A DNA stretch of 64,000 bases from an uncultured delta proteobacterium (GTDB lineage Bacteria > Myxococcota_A > UBA9160 > SMWR01), in contig CAWHTE010000001.1 in NCBI GenBank assembly GCA_963832165.1, forward strand, positions 640,001 through 704,000, written 5' to 3'. The position numbers and the translations under genes were made by a program. Of the stretch, positions 18,729 to 29,575 are shown piece by piece (within the stretch, counting starts at the first letter, position 1; each line of letters opens with the position of its first letter). The notes under the pieces were generated by a model. The model worked only from the letters and a program-made list of their open reading frames with translations, was not told the DNA's origin and made no database searches.

Positions 18729-21700
18729 GTGTCGACCGCCGCGATCGGCGCAATCGCGTTCCTGGCGGCCGCAATCGGTTTCGCCGCGCCCGCAGGTGCC
18801 CAGGGGTTGGCGCTGCCGGGGGCCGAACCCGTCCCCGCTGCCGAGCAGAATCAGCTCGACGACCTGCGCGCGGAGGCCGCGCGCTTCGAGGCGCACGCGT
18901 CGGAGTGGAAGGCGAAGGGCGCCGAGTACGAAGACGGGGCGCGCCGCGCACCCGCGGAGCTCGCGGCGATCGAGGCCGAGATCGTGCGCGGCAAGCGAGC
19001 GCTGCCCGCAGAGGTCCCCGCGGACGCTCCGCTCGACCAGCTCGAGGTGCTCGAGATCGGTGCGCAGCAGGACGCGGCGCTCGCGCAGCGCGAGCAGAGC
19101 GAGTTCGAGACCGAGCGCGAGCGCCTCGCACTGCGCCGCCGCGAGCTGCCCGCGGTGCTCGCGGAAGCCAAGAAGCGGCTCGCAGAATCCCCCGCACCCG
19201 CGCCAGCGGTCCAGCAGGAAGGCGCGGCGGTCGACGCAGTACGGCAGCGCGTCGCCGAGCAGCGCCGCGCTGCGTTCGAGAGCGAGGTGCGCGCGCTCGA
19301 GCAGGAGCTCGCGACGCACGAGGTGCGCGCGCGGCTGATCGAAGCGAAGGCCGCGCGCGCGGAGCAGCGCGCGCAGCAGCAGCAGGCCGGTCTGGCCGCG
19401 ATCCAGCGCGTGATCTCCGAGCGGCGACAGGCCGAGGCGAGGAGCGCGATCGAGAGCGCGCTCGACTCGATCGACGCCGCCGCGACACTGGCTCCCGAAG
19501 CGCGCGACGAAGTGCGCCGGCTCGCCGAGCAGAACGCCGAGCTCGCGCGCGGGCGCACGGGCGAGCAGGGTGTGATCCAGTCGATCGACAGCGTCTCGCG
19601 CAAGCTCGCGAGCGTCAATCGCCGACTCACCGAGGTCGACGCCGATCTCGAACGGCTGTCGCACAAGCTCGCCGCAGATGGACTCACGCGCTCGCTCGGG
19701 ATGGTGCTGCTCAAGGCGCGCTCACAGGCGCCCGACGTCGGCAAGACGCGGCGCTTCATGCGGATCCGCCAGCAGGAGATCGCGGCCGTGCAGGTGCGCG
19801 TGGAAGAGCTGCGCGATCAGCTCTCCAAGTTCAAGAACATCGACTCCGCGGTCGCGACTGCGATCAAGAGCTTCCCGGGTGGGGTCGGGGAGGCCGACCG
19901 CCCGCAGCTCGAGAATCTGCTGCGCGACCTGCTCGAGACCCGGCGCGAGCACCTCGGCGCACTGCTGCGCGACTACGAGCAGTACTTCCAGGTGCTCGTC
20001 GACTACGACACGAGCCAGCAGCAGCTGGTCCAGAAGACGGAAGACCTGCTGCACTTCATCGATCAGCGCATCCTCTGGGTGCCTAGCAGCGGGGCGGTGC
20101 AGGCGAAGACGTTCCGCGACGGGGTCGATGCGCTGAGCTGGCTCGGAGAGCCCCTCCACTGGATCCGCCTGGGACGCGCGCTGATCGATGCGTTCTTCGC
20201 GGCGCCGCTCTTGAACGTCGCCGCCGCGCTGGTGTTCGCGGGAGCGTTCGCGCTGCGCCCGGCGATGCGGCGCCGATTGCACGAGGTGGCCGAGCAGGCG
20301 CGCCGGCCGACGCAGATCTCCATCTTCCCGACGCTCCAGGCGCTCGCGATCTCGCTCGTGCTGGCGCCGTGGGGCGCGGCACTGATCGCCTATCTGGGCT
20401 GGCGCGTATCGCTCTCGGCCGAAGCGACGCCGTTCGTGCGCAGCGTGGCGCAGGGACTGATCGGAGCGGCCGTCGTCTGGCTCTCGCTCGAGATCCCCCG
20501 CCAGGTGGTGCGCCGCGACGGCGTCGCCGAGGCGCACTTCGCGTGGCCCGCCGACGCGGTGGCATCGCTTCATCGTCAGATTCGCTGGCTGATCACGATC
20601 GCGGTGCCGCTCGCGTTCGTGATTCAGGTATTCGAGATGCGCGGCGTGGTCGCGTGGCGCGAGTCGGTGGGCCGCGCTGCGCTGATCGCGCTGCTCGGCG
20701 TGGTGGCGGTGTTCACGCATCGCGTGGTGCGCGAAGAGGGCGCGATCCCCGCAATTCTGCGCAGCTCCACGCGGACCGGAATGCGCCCCTGGGTCGGGCG
20801 CGCCGTCCACTTTGCGGCGGTCGTGTTTCCGATCGGACTCGCCGCCGCGGCCGCGCGCGGCTACAGCTGGACGGCCCTCCAGCTCGCGGCTCGCTATCAC
20901 CTGACGCTCGTCTTCCTGTTCCTTTTGCTCGCGAGCGCTGCACCTCGCGCTGCGCTGGAGCCTGCTCGCGCACCGCCGGCTGGCCTTCGACCAGTGGCGC
21001 GCCGCGCGCGAAGCCGAGCGCGCGGAAGCCGCCAGCGCGGAAGAGACGGGCGAGCGCACCGTGGTGCCCGAGCCCGAGCTCGACCTCGGCGACGTGGATG
21101 CGCAGACGCGTCGTCTGGTCTCCACCTCTGCGGTGGTCGCGATGCTGCTCGGGCTCTGGGTGCTCTGGGCCGACTTCGTGCCGGCGCTCCGCGTGCTCGA
21201 CGAGGTGGAGCTCTGGACCACCACCCAGTCGCAGGTGGTCGAGATCGCCGCGCCGGACGGCACTCGCTCGTCCCACACCGAGCAGCGGCTGGTGCCGATC
21301 ACGCTCGCGAGCGTGCTCGCGGCCGCCGTGGTCGCGTTCATGACGATCGCCGTGGCGCGCAATCTCGCCGGACTGCTCGAGGTCTCGCTGTTCCGGCGCT
21401 GGGAGCCCGGACCCGGCGAGCGCTATGCGATCACTTCGATCGCGCGCTATGCGGTCAGCCTGCTCGGCGGCGTGCTCGCGTTCAACGCGATTGGAGTGGG
21501 CTGGTCGAAAGTCCAGTGGCTCGTGGCTGCGGTGGGTCTCGGGCTCGGCTTCGGCCTCCAGGAGATCTTCGCGAATTTCGTCTCGGGGCTGATCATCCTG
21601 TTCGAGCGGCCGATTCGCGTCGGCGACACGGTGACCGTGGGCACCACGAGCGGGACCGTGGCTCGGATCCGGATCCGCGCCACCTGGATCACCCAGTTCG

Positions 21701-22101
21701 ACCGCAAGGAGCTCGTCGTGCCGAACAAGGAGTTCGTCACGAGCCAGCTCGTGAACTGGACGCTCTCGGACACCGTGCTGCGCGTCGACATCCCCGTGAG
21801 CATCGCCTACGGCGCGGATGTGGACGCCGCGCTGAGCGAGCTGATCGCGCTGGCGCAGGCGAACGAGCACGTGCTCGAAGATCCGAAGCCGCGCGCGCTG
21901 TTCCTGGGCTTCGGCGCGAACACGATGAACCTCGAGCTGCGCGTCTACAGCCCCGACGTCGAGCACACGCTGCCGATCCGACACGATCTGCACCTGGCGA
22001 TCGAGCGCGCGTTCAGCGCCGCGGGGATTCCATTCACTCCGCCCCCGGCGCCGGCGGCGCCTCCGGCTCCCCCCGCGCCGAGTCCGAAGCCGGCGCGCTG
22101 A
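18729..22101 (+). pseudogene. MscK-like mechanosensitive channel, frameshifted near 20934 (probably sequencing error)
   Basis: Signal peptide, long coiled coil, TM region, MscS core GLGFGLQEIFANFVSGLIILFERPIRVGD; removing the A at 20934 joins the frames. Confidence 0.85.
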
Positions 22102-22122
22102 GTCGTGACTCAGCCGCGTCCA

Positions 22123-22905
22123 TCACTGCCCGCGGAACACCGGCGGTCGGCGCTCCGCCATGGCGGCGACGCCCTCGCGGAAGTCGGCGGTGTGCTGCAG
22201 GCGTTCCTGCTCCGCGCGCTCGCGCTTGGTCGCGGCGCGGATCTCCTCGGCGAGACCGCCGCGCATGGTGTCGCGGATCGAGGCGACCGCGAGCGGGCCC
22301 GACGCGGCGATCTCGGCCGCGAACGCGCGCGCTTCCTCGCGCACGCGCGCGAGCGGCACGAGCCGATCGACGAGCCCGATCGCGAGCGCGCGCTCTCCGT
22401 CGATCCGCGCGCCGGTGTAGAGCAGCTCGAGCGCGCGCTGCTGGCCGATCGCGCGCGGCAGCGTCACCGAGAGACCGAAGCCGTGGTGGAAGCCGAGGCG
22501 CGCGAAGTTGGCGGAGAAGCGCGCGTCGGGCACCGCGACGCGGAAGTCGGGCCACAGCGCGAGGCCGAGACCGCCGCCGATCGCGGCTCCCTGCACCGCC
22601 GCCACGACCGGCGTGCGCGTGGCGAACAGCCGCACTGCCTCGTCGTAGAGGTGCTGGCCGACGGCGTGCAGACCCGGCTGCTCGGTTGTGGCGAAGTTGG
22701 CGCCCGCGCAGAAGTGCTTGCCTTCGGAGGCGAGCACCGCCGCACGGCAGCGCGGTTCGGCGTCGAGCGCCTCGAACGCGTCGGCGAGCAATCCGATCAG
22801 CGTCTGATCGAAGAAATTGTTCGGCGCGCGCCGGATCTCGGCGATCGCGACGAAGTCGTCTCCGAGGTCCACCGAGATGTCTCCGAAGCGCCCGAACTCA
22901 GCCAC
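22123..22905 (-). CDS. Enoyl-CoA hydratase/isomerase family protein
   Basis: FCAGA, AVQGAAIGGG, DFREGV. Confidence 0.92.
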   Translation of the reverse strand: MAEFGRFGDISVDLGDDFVAIAEIRRAPNNFFDQTLIGLLADAFEALDAEPRCRAAVLASEGKHFCAGANFATTEQPGLHAVGQHLYDEAVRLFATRTPVVAAVQGAAIGGGLGLALWPDFRVAVPDARFSANFARLGFHHGFGLSVTLPRAIGQQRALELLYTGARIDGERALAIGLVDRLVPLARVREEARAFAAEIAASGPLAVASIRDTMRGGLAEEIRAATKRERAEQERLQHTADFREGVAAMAERRPPVFRGQ

Positions 22906-22917
22906 ACGAACCTCCGT

Positions 22918-24096
22918 TCAACGCGGTAATCCGACCAGATTGCGCGCGATGATCACGCGCTGCACCTGGCCGGTGCCCTCGACGATGTCCATCGCCTTGA
23001 CGTCGCGATAGAGCTTCTCGATCAGGTGATCGCCGCGCGCGCCCGTGGCGCCGAGCAGCTCCATGCCGAGCGCCGTCGCCTCCTGCGCGACGCCCGCCGC
23101 GAGCGCCTTCGCCATCGACGCCTCGGTGACGTTGGGGCGCTCGCGATCGGCGAGCCAGCCCGCGCGCAGGCACACCAGGCGCGCCATGCGCAGCTTGCGC
23201 GCCATCGCCTCGAGCCGGTCGCGCACGCGCACGCGATCCAGGAGCTCGTTCTCGCGCGCGAACGCGAGCGCCTCGTCGAGCGCCGCGCGCCCCATGCCGA
23301 CCGCGTTCGCGGCGATGATCGGCCGCCCCGCGTTGAACGTGCGCATCGCGGTCTTGAAGCCGGCCGACGATTCGTAGCGCGCCTCGCCGCCGAGCAGATT
23401 CGCTGCGGGCACGCGGCAATCGGAGAGCGTGAACGAGGTCGACTCGTACGCCTTGAGTCCCATCTTCTTCTCGATCTTCCACCCGCCGAGTCCGGGCGTG
23501 CCGCGCTCGACGAAGAACGAGCGCTGTGCGCCGCGTCCGCGCTCGGCGCCGACCACCGCCTGCACGAGGATCCAGTCGGCGCGCGAAGCGCCGCCGATGA
23601 AGCACTTCGCGCCGTTAAGGACCCAACTGTCGCCGTCCACGCGCGCGGACGTCGCGATCGCAGCGGCGTCGGAGCCCGCGCCCGGCTCCGTCATGGCGAA
23701 GCACGCCCAGCGCGGCCGGTCGAGCTCGAGGAAGGGTCCGAGGTACTTCTGCTTCTGCTCCTCGGTTCCCATCGCGAGCACGTTCGTCTCGGGCAGGCCC
23801 GGGCCCGGATCGGCGACCGTGACCCCGCGGTCCCAGTAGGCGAGCTCTTCGAGCAGGAGCAACGTCTCGACGACGCTCGTCGGCTCGCGCGGCTCATGCT
23901 TCGCGCCCGCGGGACCCGGCCAGCGCGTGCGCCCACCCCCGCGCTCGATGAACTTCGCGAAGTACGGGTGATCGACGGGAAGCGGCGCCGAGAGCCGGTC
24001 GGCTTCGAGGCCGGCGGGGCGCATCGCCGAGCGGCCCCACTCGCGCGCGTCGGCGAGACGCTCGCGCGTGCGCTCGGTGATCCTGAAATCGATCAT
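22918..24096 (-). CDS. Acyl-CoA dehydrogenase
   Basis: FAMTEPGAGSD, LNGAKCFI, IVEGTGQVQR. Confidence 0.92.
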   Translation of the reverse strand: MIDFRITERTRERLADAREWGRSAMRPAGLEADRLSAPLPVDHPYFAKFIERGGGRTRWPGPAGAKHEPREPTSVVETLLLLEELAYWDRGVTVADPGPGLPETNVLAMGTEEQKQKYLGPFLELDRPRWACFAMTEPGAGSDAAAIATSARVDGDSWVLNGAKCFIGGASRADWILVQAVVGAERGRGAQRSFFVERGTPGLGGWKIEKKMGLKAYESTSFTLSDCRVPAANLLGGEARYESSAGFKTAMRTFNAGRPIIAANAVGMGRAALDEALAFARENELLDRVRVRDRLEAMARKLRMARLVCLRAGWLADRERPNVTEASMAKALAAGVAQEATALGMELLGATGARGDHLIEKLYRDVKAMDIVEGTGQVQRVIIARNLVGLPR

Positions 24097-25163
24097 GCGA
24101 GCTCCAAGGCGAGGCCGGGGCTGTCGCAGAGCTCGCGACCGGCATCCTCGATCGCGGCGTCGAACCCGCCGAGCCAGAGCCCGAGCGCGCGCGACTCGCG
24201 CATGGCTTTCTCCATCGGATAATCGGCCATGAATCCGTGACCGCCGAGGATCTGCACGCCGCTCGGTCCGATCAGGCGCGACGCCTCTATGCACTGTGCG
24301 AATGCAGCGGCCGCTGGACCCGCGCAGGGCAGGCCCGAGTCGACGCGCCAGGCGGCCTCGTGCACGAGCAGGCGCGCGCCGTCGAGCGCCATCTGCATGT
24401 CGGCGATCAGGAACGCGAGCGCCTGATGGTGCGCGATCGGGCGGCCGAACGCGTGGCGCTGGAGCGCATAACCGCGCGAGAAGTCGCACGCGTCGCGCAG
24501 CACCCCGAGCAGCAGCGACGCGGCGTAGAGGCGCGCACGCGCGCGGGCGCGCGCGGCGCCGATGGGGCTCGACGCCCGCGCCGCGATCGGCGCAGACTCG
24601 AGGCGCAGCGAGCACGCCCCCGCGGCGCGCAGACCCGACCCCGGCAGCGCGCGCACGTCGATCGCCTCACGCACGAGCAGGAGCTCGTCACCCGCGAGCG
24701 CGACGACCACGTCCGCGCGCGAGGCCGGCAGCCATGCGACCTCGGCATCCACGCGCGCGCCGTCGGCCGAGATCTGGAGCTCGCCTCCGTCGATCCAGGC
24801 CGCGCGCGCGCCCGGGGCAGAGAGCGCTCCGAGGAACTGCGAGAGCAGCGCGTCGTCGCCGATCTCGAGCACGCCGTAGAGCGCGGGTCCGAACGGGTCG
24901 AGCGCGAGAGCGGCGCCCGCATCGGCGGCCGCGAGCTCCTCGTTCACCGTCGCGCGCGCGAGCGCGCCGAGCCCGGCGCCGTCGCGCGCGATCGGCAGCT
25001 CGAGTCCCGCGAGCCCGACCGCCGCGTAGGCGTCGCGCACCGGCTGCGCCACCGCGCGGGCGGCCTCGGCTTCGCGCAGCCGCGGGCGCAGCTGTTCCTG
25101 CGCGAGCTTGCGCGCCGTGTCGGCGAGCAGCGAGAGCTCGTCGCCGGGGTCGAAGTCCAACAC
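24093..25163 (-). CDS. Acyl-CoA dehydrogenase-like protein (degenerate partner subunit)
   Basis: RHAFGRPIAHHQA, VQILGGHGF; N-terminal FAD motifs degenerate; ATGA overlap with the adjacent ACAD, typical of heteromeric ACAD pairs. Confidence 0.85.
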   Translation of the reverse strand: MLDFDPGDELSLLADTARKLAQEQLRPRLREAEAARAVAQPVRDAYAAVGLAGLELPIARDGAGLGALARATVNEELAAADAGAALALDPFGPALYGVLEIGDDALLSQFLGALSAPGARAAWIDGGELQISADGARVDAEVAWLPASRADVVVALAGDELLLVREAIDVRALPGSGLRAAGACSLRLESAPIAARASSPIGAARARARARLYAASLLLGVLRDACDFSRGYALQRHAFGRPIAHHQALAFLIADMQMALDGARLLVHEAAWRVDSGLPCAGPAAAAFAQCIEASRLIGPSGVQILGGHGFMADYPMEKAMRESRALGLWLGGFDAAIEDAGRELCDSPGLALELA

Positions 25164-25226
25164 GCGAACACCTTACCGCGGCGCCACCGCGCGCGCCCCG
25201 ATACGATGTCCGCGGAGGGGGGAGTG

Positions 25227-26822
25227 ATGATCGGCGCTCGCGGGCGCTGCGCCGCGCTGCTCGCGCTGCTCGCGGTGGCCTACGTCGCGGTGTTCGTACC
25301 GCCGAACCGCACCGGCAGCGCAGACGTGAACATGCTCGGCGTGTTCCAGGTCGACGAGTTCGCGCAGTACCACGTGCTGTGGCGCATGACGGATCCCGCG
25401 GAGTCGGTGGGCGACGCTCTGCACCAGTTCGTCGCCTACGACTACTACTCGTACGGGTTCCCGTTCTTCGCCGGAAGCGCACTGACATTCTGGCCGCTGC
25501 GCCAGGCCTACACGAGCGCCGGCGAGCCCGGCCTCACGCGCGCGAGCATGCTCCTGCTGCGCGAGCTCTCGCCGCTGCTCGACGCGCTCTCGATCCTGAT
25601 CCTCGTCGCGCTGTGGACCGGCTTCCGCTCGACGCCGCACGCGGTGGGGCTGTTCGTGTTTCTCGCTGCGCTACCCGCCGTGGTGGCCGACTGCATGTGG
25701 TGGCACCCCGACGCATGGGTGACGTTCTTCGTCGTGGTCACGATCGCGGCGCTCGTGCGCGATCGGCGGCGGCTCGGCCGCTGGTTCTACGCCGCGGCGA
25801 TCGCGTGCGGGCTCGCCACGGCGACCAAGCTCGTGGGCCTGTGGTTCTTCGCCGCGGTCGCGCTGCATCTCGTGCGCGCGCTGCCGGAGCGCTCGTGGCG
25901 GGGCGTGGTGCTGCACGGCGCGGGATTCGCGGTGCTCATGGCCATCTCGATCATCGCGGCGAGCCCGATGCTCTTCGTGCCGGGTGAGTGGGAGAAGATC
26001 CTGGCGATCCAGGGTCCGATGCAGTCGATCATCGCCTTCGGCTGGGGGGAGCGCAGCAGCGCGGGACTCGCCGCGTGGGTTCCCACGCTGCGCAGCGGCT
26101 TCGGCGGGGCAATCGCACTGCTGACGTTCGGGTCCCTGGGCGTCGCGGCGATCTGGCGCGACCGGGAGCGGCGCGACCTCGCCGTGACGATCCTCGCGTT
26201 CGCGCTTCCGCTCTGCACGTACGTGATCTTCGTCGTCGCCTATCAGGGCGAGCGCTATCTGCTGCCCGCGCTGCTGCCGCTCGCCTCGTGCGCGGGGAGC
26301 GAGGTCTGGCTGCGCGCGCTGCGCAGTGCGTCGGCGCCGCGCGCCGCGCGCCTGGCGAGCGCCGCGGTGGCGCTCGCGCTGGGCAGCGCGCTCGTGCAGT
26401 TCGTGCCCGTCGATCTGCGCCGCTACCGCGAGGTGCTCGCGCGCGAGGGCGAGAGCGCGTCGCTCGCGTTCTACGCTCGGCTCGAACGCGACGTGCTCGC
26501 CGCGCTGCCCGCAGACGCCCAGCTGCGGATCCTGCGCACCGCCTACGCCTACGTGCCGCCCGATCCGCGCTTCGAGGTGCATCTGCGCTGGGGCGGGTTC
26601 GAGCTCGGCGATCTGTCCACGGCCAATCCCGACCTCGTGCTCGTGCGCCGCGAGGACCTCGACCGCTACGCCGATCCGACCTTCTTCGAGCGCAGCAACG
26701 ACCCCGAGCGCGCCCGGCGCATGTACGCGTTCTACAGCGCGGCCGCGAGCGATGCGCTGCCGGGCTACCGGCGCCTGATCGAGGACGACTTCGCGCTCGC
26801 GTTCGGGCGCGCCGCGAACTAG
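25227..26822 (+). CDS. GT-C fold membrane glycosyltransferase (ArnT/PMT-like)
   Basis: DE motif after the first TM (VDEFAQY), many TM helices, GLATATK, ERYLLP. Confidence 0.7.
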   Translation: MIGARGRCAALLALLAVAYVAVFVPPNRTGSADVNMLGVFQVDEFAQYHVLWRMTDPAESVGDALHQFVAYDYYSYGFPFFAGSALTFWPLRQAYTSAGEPGLTRASMLLLRELSPLLDALSILILVALWTGFRSTPHAVGLFVFLAALPAVVADCMWWHPDAWVTFFVVVTIAALVRDRRRLGRWFYAAAIACGLATATKLVGLWFFAAVALHLVRALPERSWRGVVLHGAGFAVLMAISIIAASPMLFVPGEWEKILAIQGPMQSIIAFGWGERSSAGLAAWVPTLRSGFGGAIALLTFGSLGVAAIWRDRERRDLAVTILAFALPLCTYVIFVVAYQGERYLLPALLPLASCAGSEVWLRALRSASAPRAARLASAAVALALGSALVQFVPVDLRRYREVLAREGESASLAFYARLERDVLAALPADAQLRILRTAYAYVPPDPRFEVHLRWGGFELGDLSTANPDLVLVRREDLDRYADPTFFERSNDPERARRMYAFYSAAASDALPGYRRLIEDDFALAFGRAAN

Positions 26823-27430
26823 GCGCGCGTTGCGACGCCGCGGTACATCTGGGCCACCAGGCCCGGGCCCTTGGCGCGGAAGCGGTCGAGCGAGGTCAGC
26901 TCGAAGCCCACGTCCGCGACCAGGCGGTCGATCGGGCGGTTGATGTTGCAGCCGTCGCTGATCCGCCTCCAGAGCGGGTTCACGCGGTCCTGCCAGCGAG
27001 CGGTGCTCTCGCGCTCGGCCTTGCCGTGCTCGATGAACAGGTAGCGGCCGCCGGGCTTGAGCACGCGGCGCATCTCGCGCAGCGCCCCGGAGGCATCGGG
27101 GATCGAACAGAGCGTCCAGGTGGTGAGCACGCAGTCGAAGCGACCGGCGTCGAACGGCAGCGCGCCGTCGGCGGGCAGCGCGGTCCGGATCACCGGGAAC
27201 CGGGCCTCGGCTACGCGCGCATCCACGGCCGCGACGCCCTCGGTCACGAGCGGATCGAGGCCCGTCACCGATTTCACCGACGACGGGTAGAGGGCCAGGT
27301 TGCGACCCGTGCCGAAGCCCACCTCGAGCACCTCACCTTCGGCCAGGCCGACGGTCTCGGGGCGCATGTGGTCCATGAATCCCATGATCCAGTCCTGAAA
27401 GCGGGGCTTGATGAAGTCGCGCAGAGCCAT
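26819..27430 (-). CDS. Class I SAM-dependent methyltransferase
   Basis: VLEVGFGTG, LPF..GRFD, RVLKPGG, FIEHG. Confidence 0.92.
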   Translation of the reverse strand: MALRDFIKPRFQDWIMGFMDHMRPETVGLAEGEVLEVGFGTGRNLALYPSSVKSVTGLDPLVTEGVAAVDARVAEARFPVIRTALPADGALPFDAGRFDCVLTTWTLCSIPDASGALREMRRVLKPGGRYLFIEHGKAERESTARWQDRVNPLWRRISDGCNINRPIDRLVADVGFELTSLDRFRAKGPGLVAQMYRGVATRA

Positions 27431-27497
27431 GGGGCACCTCGGAGGGGAGTCGTGTGAGTGCACTCTACCCCAAGGAGATCAGCCCGATGAATTTCAC

Positions 27498-27531
27498 TTG
27501 ACGGGTAATAGTTAACGATGTAGTTAACTAT
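27498..27531 (+). promoter_or_regulatory. Promoter with palindromic operator (probably for the ArsR regulator)
   Basis: TTGACG -35 followed by perfect inverted repeat ATAGTTAAC-N6-GTTAACTAT (27508-27531) in a GC-rich genome. Confidence 0.7.
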
Positions 27532-27552
27532 ATACCCACCCCGGAGGACCCG

Positions 27553-28002
27553 ATGGCCGACCAACCCCGACGCGCACCCCAGGTGATCGTTCCCTACCTC
27601 GCCTATGACGACGCTCCCGCCGCGATCGCGTTCCTATGCGCGGCATTCGGATTCGAGGAGACCTATCGCCTCGAGATGCCCGATGGTCGGATCGGGCACG
27701 CCGAGCTCAGCTACCGCGGCAACGCACTCATGCTCGCGTCGTCGTATCCGGAGCTCGGGTTCGCGAGCCCAGCCAAGCTGCCGAGCGTGCCGAGCCAGGT
27801 GCACATCGACGTCGAGGACGTGGACGCACACTGCGTTGCCGCGCGCGCGGCCGGGGCAACGATCGCCTCCGAGCCGCACGACGCGCCGCACGGCGACCGC
27901 GAGTACCGCGCCGTCGACCCGGAGGGCCACCGCTGGAATTTCTCCACGCGTCTGCGCGAAATGACGCCTGCCGAGATCCGCGCAGCCTACGGGACCGCGT
28001 AG
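27553..28002 (+). CDS. VOC/glyoxalase family protein
   Basis: PYLAYDD, HAEL, GDREYRAVDPEGHRW. Confidence 0.9.
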   Translation: MADQPRRAPQVIVPYLAYDDAPAAIAFLCAAFGFEETYRLEMPDGRIGHAELSYRGNALMLASSYPELGFASPAKLPSVPSQVHIDVEDVDAHCVAARAAGATIASEPHDAPHGDREYRAVDPEGHRWNFSTRLREMTPAEIRAAYGTA

Positions 28003-28004
28003 CG

Positions 28005-28352
28005 ATGGCCGAGGCCGCGCTCGATCGAACGCTCGCTGCGCTCGCGGATCCCACCCGTCGGCGCGTGGTCGAGCTGCTGCGCCGGCAGCCGCGGCGCGCC
28101 GGCGAGCTCGCCGAGGCGTTCGGCGTGAGCCCGCCCGCGATGAGCCGACACCTGCGCGTGTTGCGGACCCGCGGGCTCGTGGAGGAGGAGCGCGAGGACG
28201 GCGATGCGCGCTGCCGCGTCTACCGGCTGCGGCCCGAGCCGTTCCGCGATCTCGCGTCGTGGCTCGCCGAGGTCGAGGCGTTCTGGAGCGATCAGCTCGG
28301 CGCGTTCAAGCGCCACGCCGAGCGCGCGCAGCGCAAGGGCGGCCGCCGTTGA
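28005..28352 (+). CDS. ArsR/SmtB family regulator
   Basis: ALADPTRRRV, SPPAMSRHLRVL..GLV. Confidence 0.92.
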   Translation: MAEAALDRTLAALADPTRRRVVELLRRQPRRAGELAEAFGVSPPAMSRHLRVLRTRGLVEEEREDGDARCRVYRLRPEPFRDLASWLAEVEAFWSDQLGAFKRHAERAQRKGGRR

Positions 28353-28846
28353 TCGCCGGAGACGCGGTGCTTGTGACGTCGCGCGTGGAGGTCGATCCGG
28401 ACACCGCGTTTCGCGTGTTCACCGACGAGGTCGACGCCTGGTGGCGCGGCGGTCCGCGCTTCCGCTGGTATCCGGAGCGCGGCGGCACGCTGCGCTTCGA
28501 GGCGAAGGAGGGCGGGCGCTTCCTCGAGGAGTACCCGAGCGGCGAGAGCTTCGAGGTCGGCAGGATCCGCGTCTGGGATCCGCCGCGCCGGCTCGTGTTC
28601 GGGTTTCGCGCGCGCAACTTCGCGCCCGGCGAGGACACCGAGGTGGAGGTGCGCTTCGACGCGCACGGTGAGGCCACCGACGTGACGATCGAGCACCGCG
28701 GCTTCGCCGCGCTGCGCGCCGACCACCCGGCGCGCCACGGCATGGATTCCAACGCGTTCACGAACATGATGGGCGTCTTCTGGGCCGACCTGATCACCGC
28801 CGCGCGGCGCCATGTCGCCGCGCGTCGATCGGAGGAGAGGCGATGA
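28349..28846 (+). CDS. SRPBCC/AHSA1 domain protein
   Basis: AFRVFT...WW, WDPPRRL, TEVEVRF; TTGA overlap with arsR. Confidence 0.87.
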   Translation: MIAGDAVLVTSRVEVDPDTAFRVFTDEVDAWWRGGPRFRWYPERGGTLRFEAKEGGRFLEEYPSGESFEVGRIRVWDPPRRLVFGFRARNFAPGEDTEVEVRFDAHGEATDVTIEHRGFAALRADHPARHGMDSNAFTNMMGVFWADLITAARRHVAARRSEERR

Positions 28847-29241
28847 GCGACGACAAGGGATTCGATCTCGAAACGACCTATCTCGTGCTGGCCGACGGAC
28901 CCGAAGCGCGCCGCATCGAAGTGGGGCCCGACTTCTGGCAGACGATCGACCAGCGCGGCGATCTCGCAGGCCGGATGGTCGCGATCTTCCGCTACGAGGC
29001 GGACTGGAACAATTGGGAGATGCATCCCGACGGCGACGAGATCGTGATGCTGCTCTCGGGCGCCATCGATCTCGTGCTCGAGGAAGCAGGCGGCGAGCGC
29101 ACCGTGGAGCTGCGCGATCGCAGCACGGTGATCGTCCCGCGCGGCATCTGGCACACGGCGAACGCCCGCGGTCCGAGCGAGGCGCTCCACATCACGCGCG
29201 GTGCCGGCACGAGGCACCGACGGCGCGCTGCGGACCGCTAG
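28843..29241 (+). CDS. Cupin domain protein
   Basis: WEMHPDGDE, VPRGIWHTA. Confidence 0.88.
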   Translation: MSDDKGFDLETTYLVLADGPEARRIEVGPDFWQTIDQRGDLAGRMVAIFRYEADWNNWEMHPDGDEIVMLLSGAIDLVLEEAGGERTVELRDRSTVIVPRGIWHTANARGPSEALHITRGAGTRHRRRAADR

Positions 29242-29307
29242 CGCGTCTCGCGAAAATGGTTACGCGCGCGGAGCGGAACCGCGCGCGCGCTGCTTCGGAA
29301 GCCGGGG

Positions 29308-29343
29308 CGAGAAAGGCCGTGCTCGGCGGGCACGAGCACGGCC
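29308..29343 (-). terminator. Intrinsic terminator
   Basis: GGCCGTGCTCG-N7-CGAGCACGGCC hairpin followed by TTTCTC on the minus strand. Confidence 0.6.
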
Positions 29344-29354
29344 CCGAAATCAGG

Positions 29355-29420
29355 TCAGCGCAAAACCCAGCTGAAGAACCAGATCCGCAGGAGCTCGGAT
29401 TCGAGATTGTTGTGCGCGAT
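29355..29420 (-). other. Candidate micro-ORF (IAHNNLESELLRIWFFSWVLR) or sRNA
   Basis: Lies between a sigma54 box and a terminator; would need an ATC start; an in-frame ATG at 29468 sits inside the -12 box. Confidence 0.4.
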
Positions 29421-29464
29421 GGTGCGGCCACCGCGCTCCGCTTTTCCCGTTGATAGAGGCGCAA

Positions 29465-29480
29465 GCATGCCGCGTGCCAA
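29465..29480 (-). promoter_or_regulatory. sigma54 -24/-12 promoter
   Basis: Minus strand TTGGCACGCGGCATGC, one mismatch from TGGCAC-N5-TTGC. Confidence 0.65.
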
Positions 29481-29555
29481 AAGCTTGGCAGCGCGGATTT
29501 CCTCAATGAGGATGGGCTAGTGCGTCACCTTACGACGATCCAGGCTTCCCTGAAC

Positions 29556-29575
29556 TGAGGAACGAGTGTTCCTCA
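29556..29575. promoter_or_regulatory. Palindromic site, candidate enhancer (UAS) for the sigma54 promoter
   Basis: TGAGGAAC-N4-GTTCCTCA; related palindrome TCCTCA-A-TGAGGA at 29500-29512. Confidence 0.5.

Noticed and set aside
29192..29506. 104-aa minus-strand ORF from the track
   Set aside because: Runs through the promoter and terminator, overlaps the cupin gene and has non-coding-like composition
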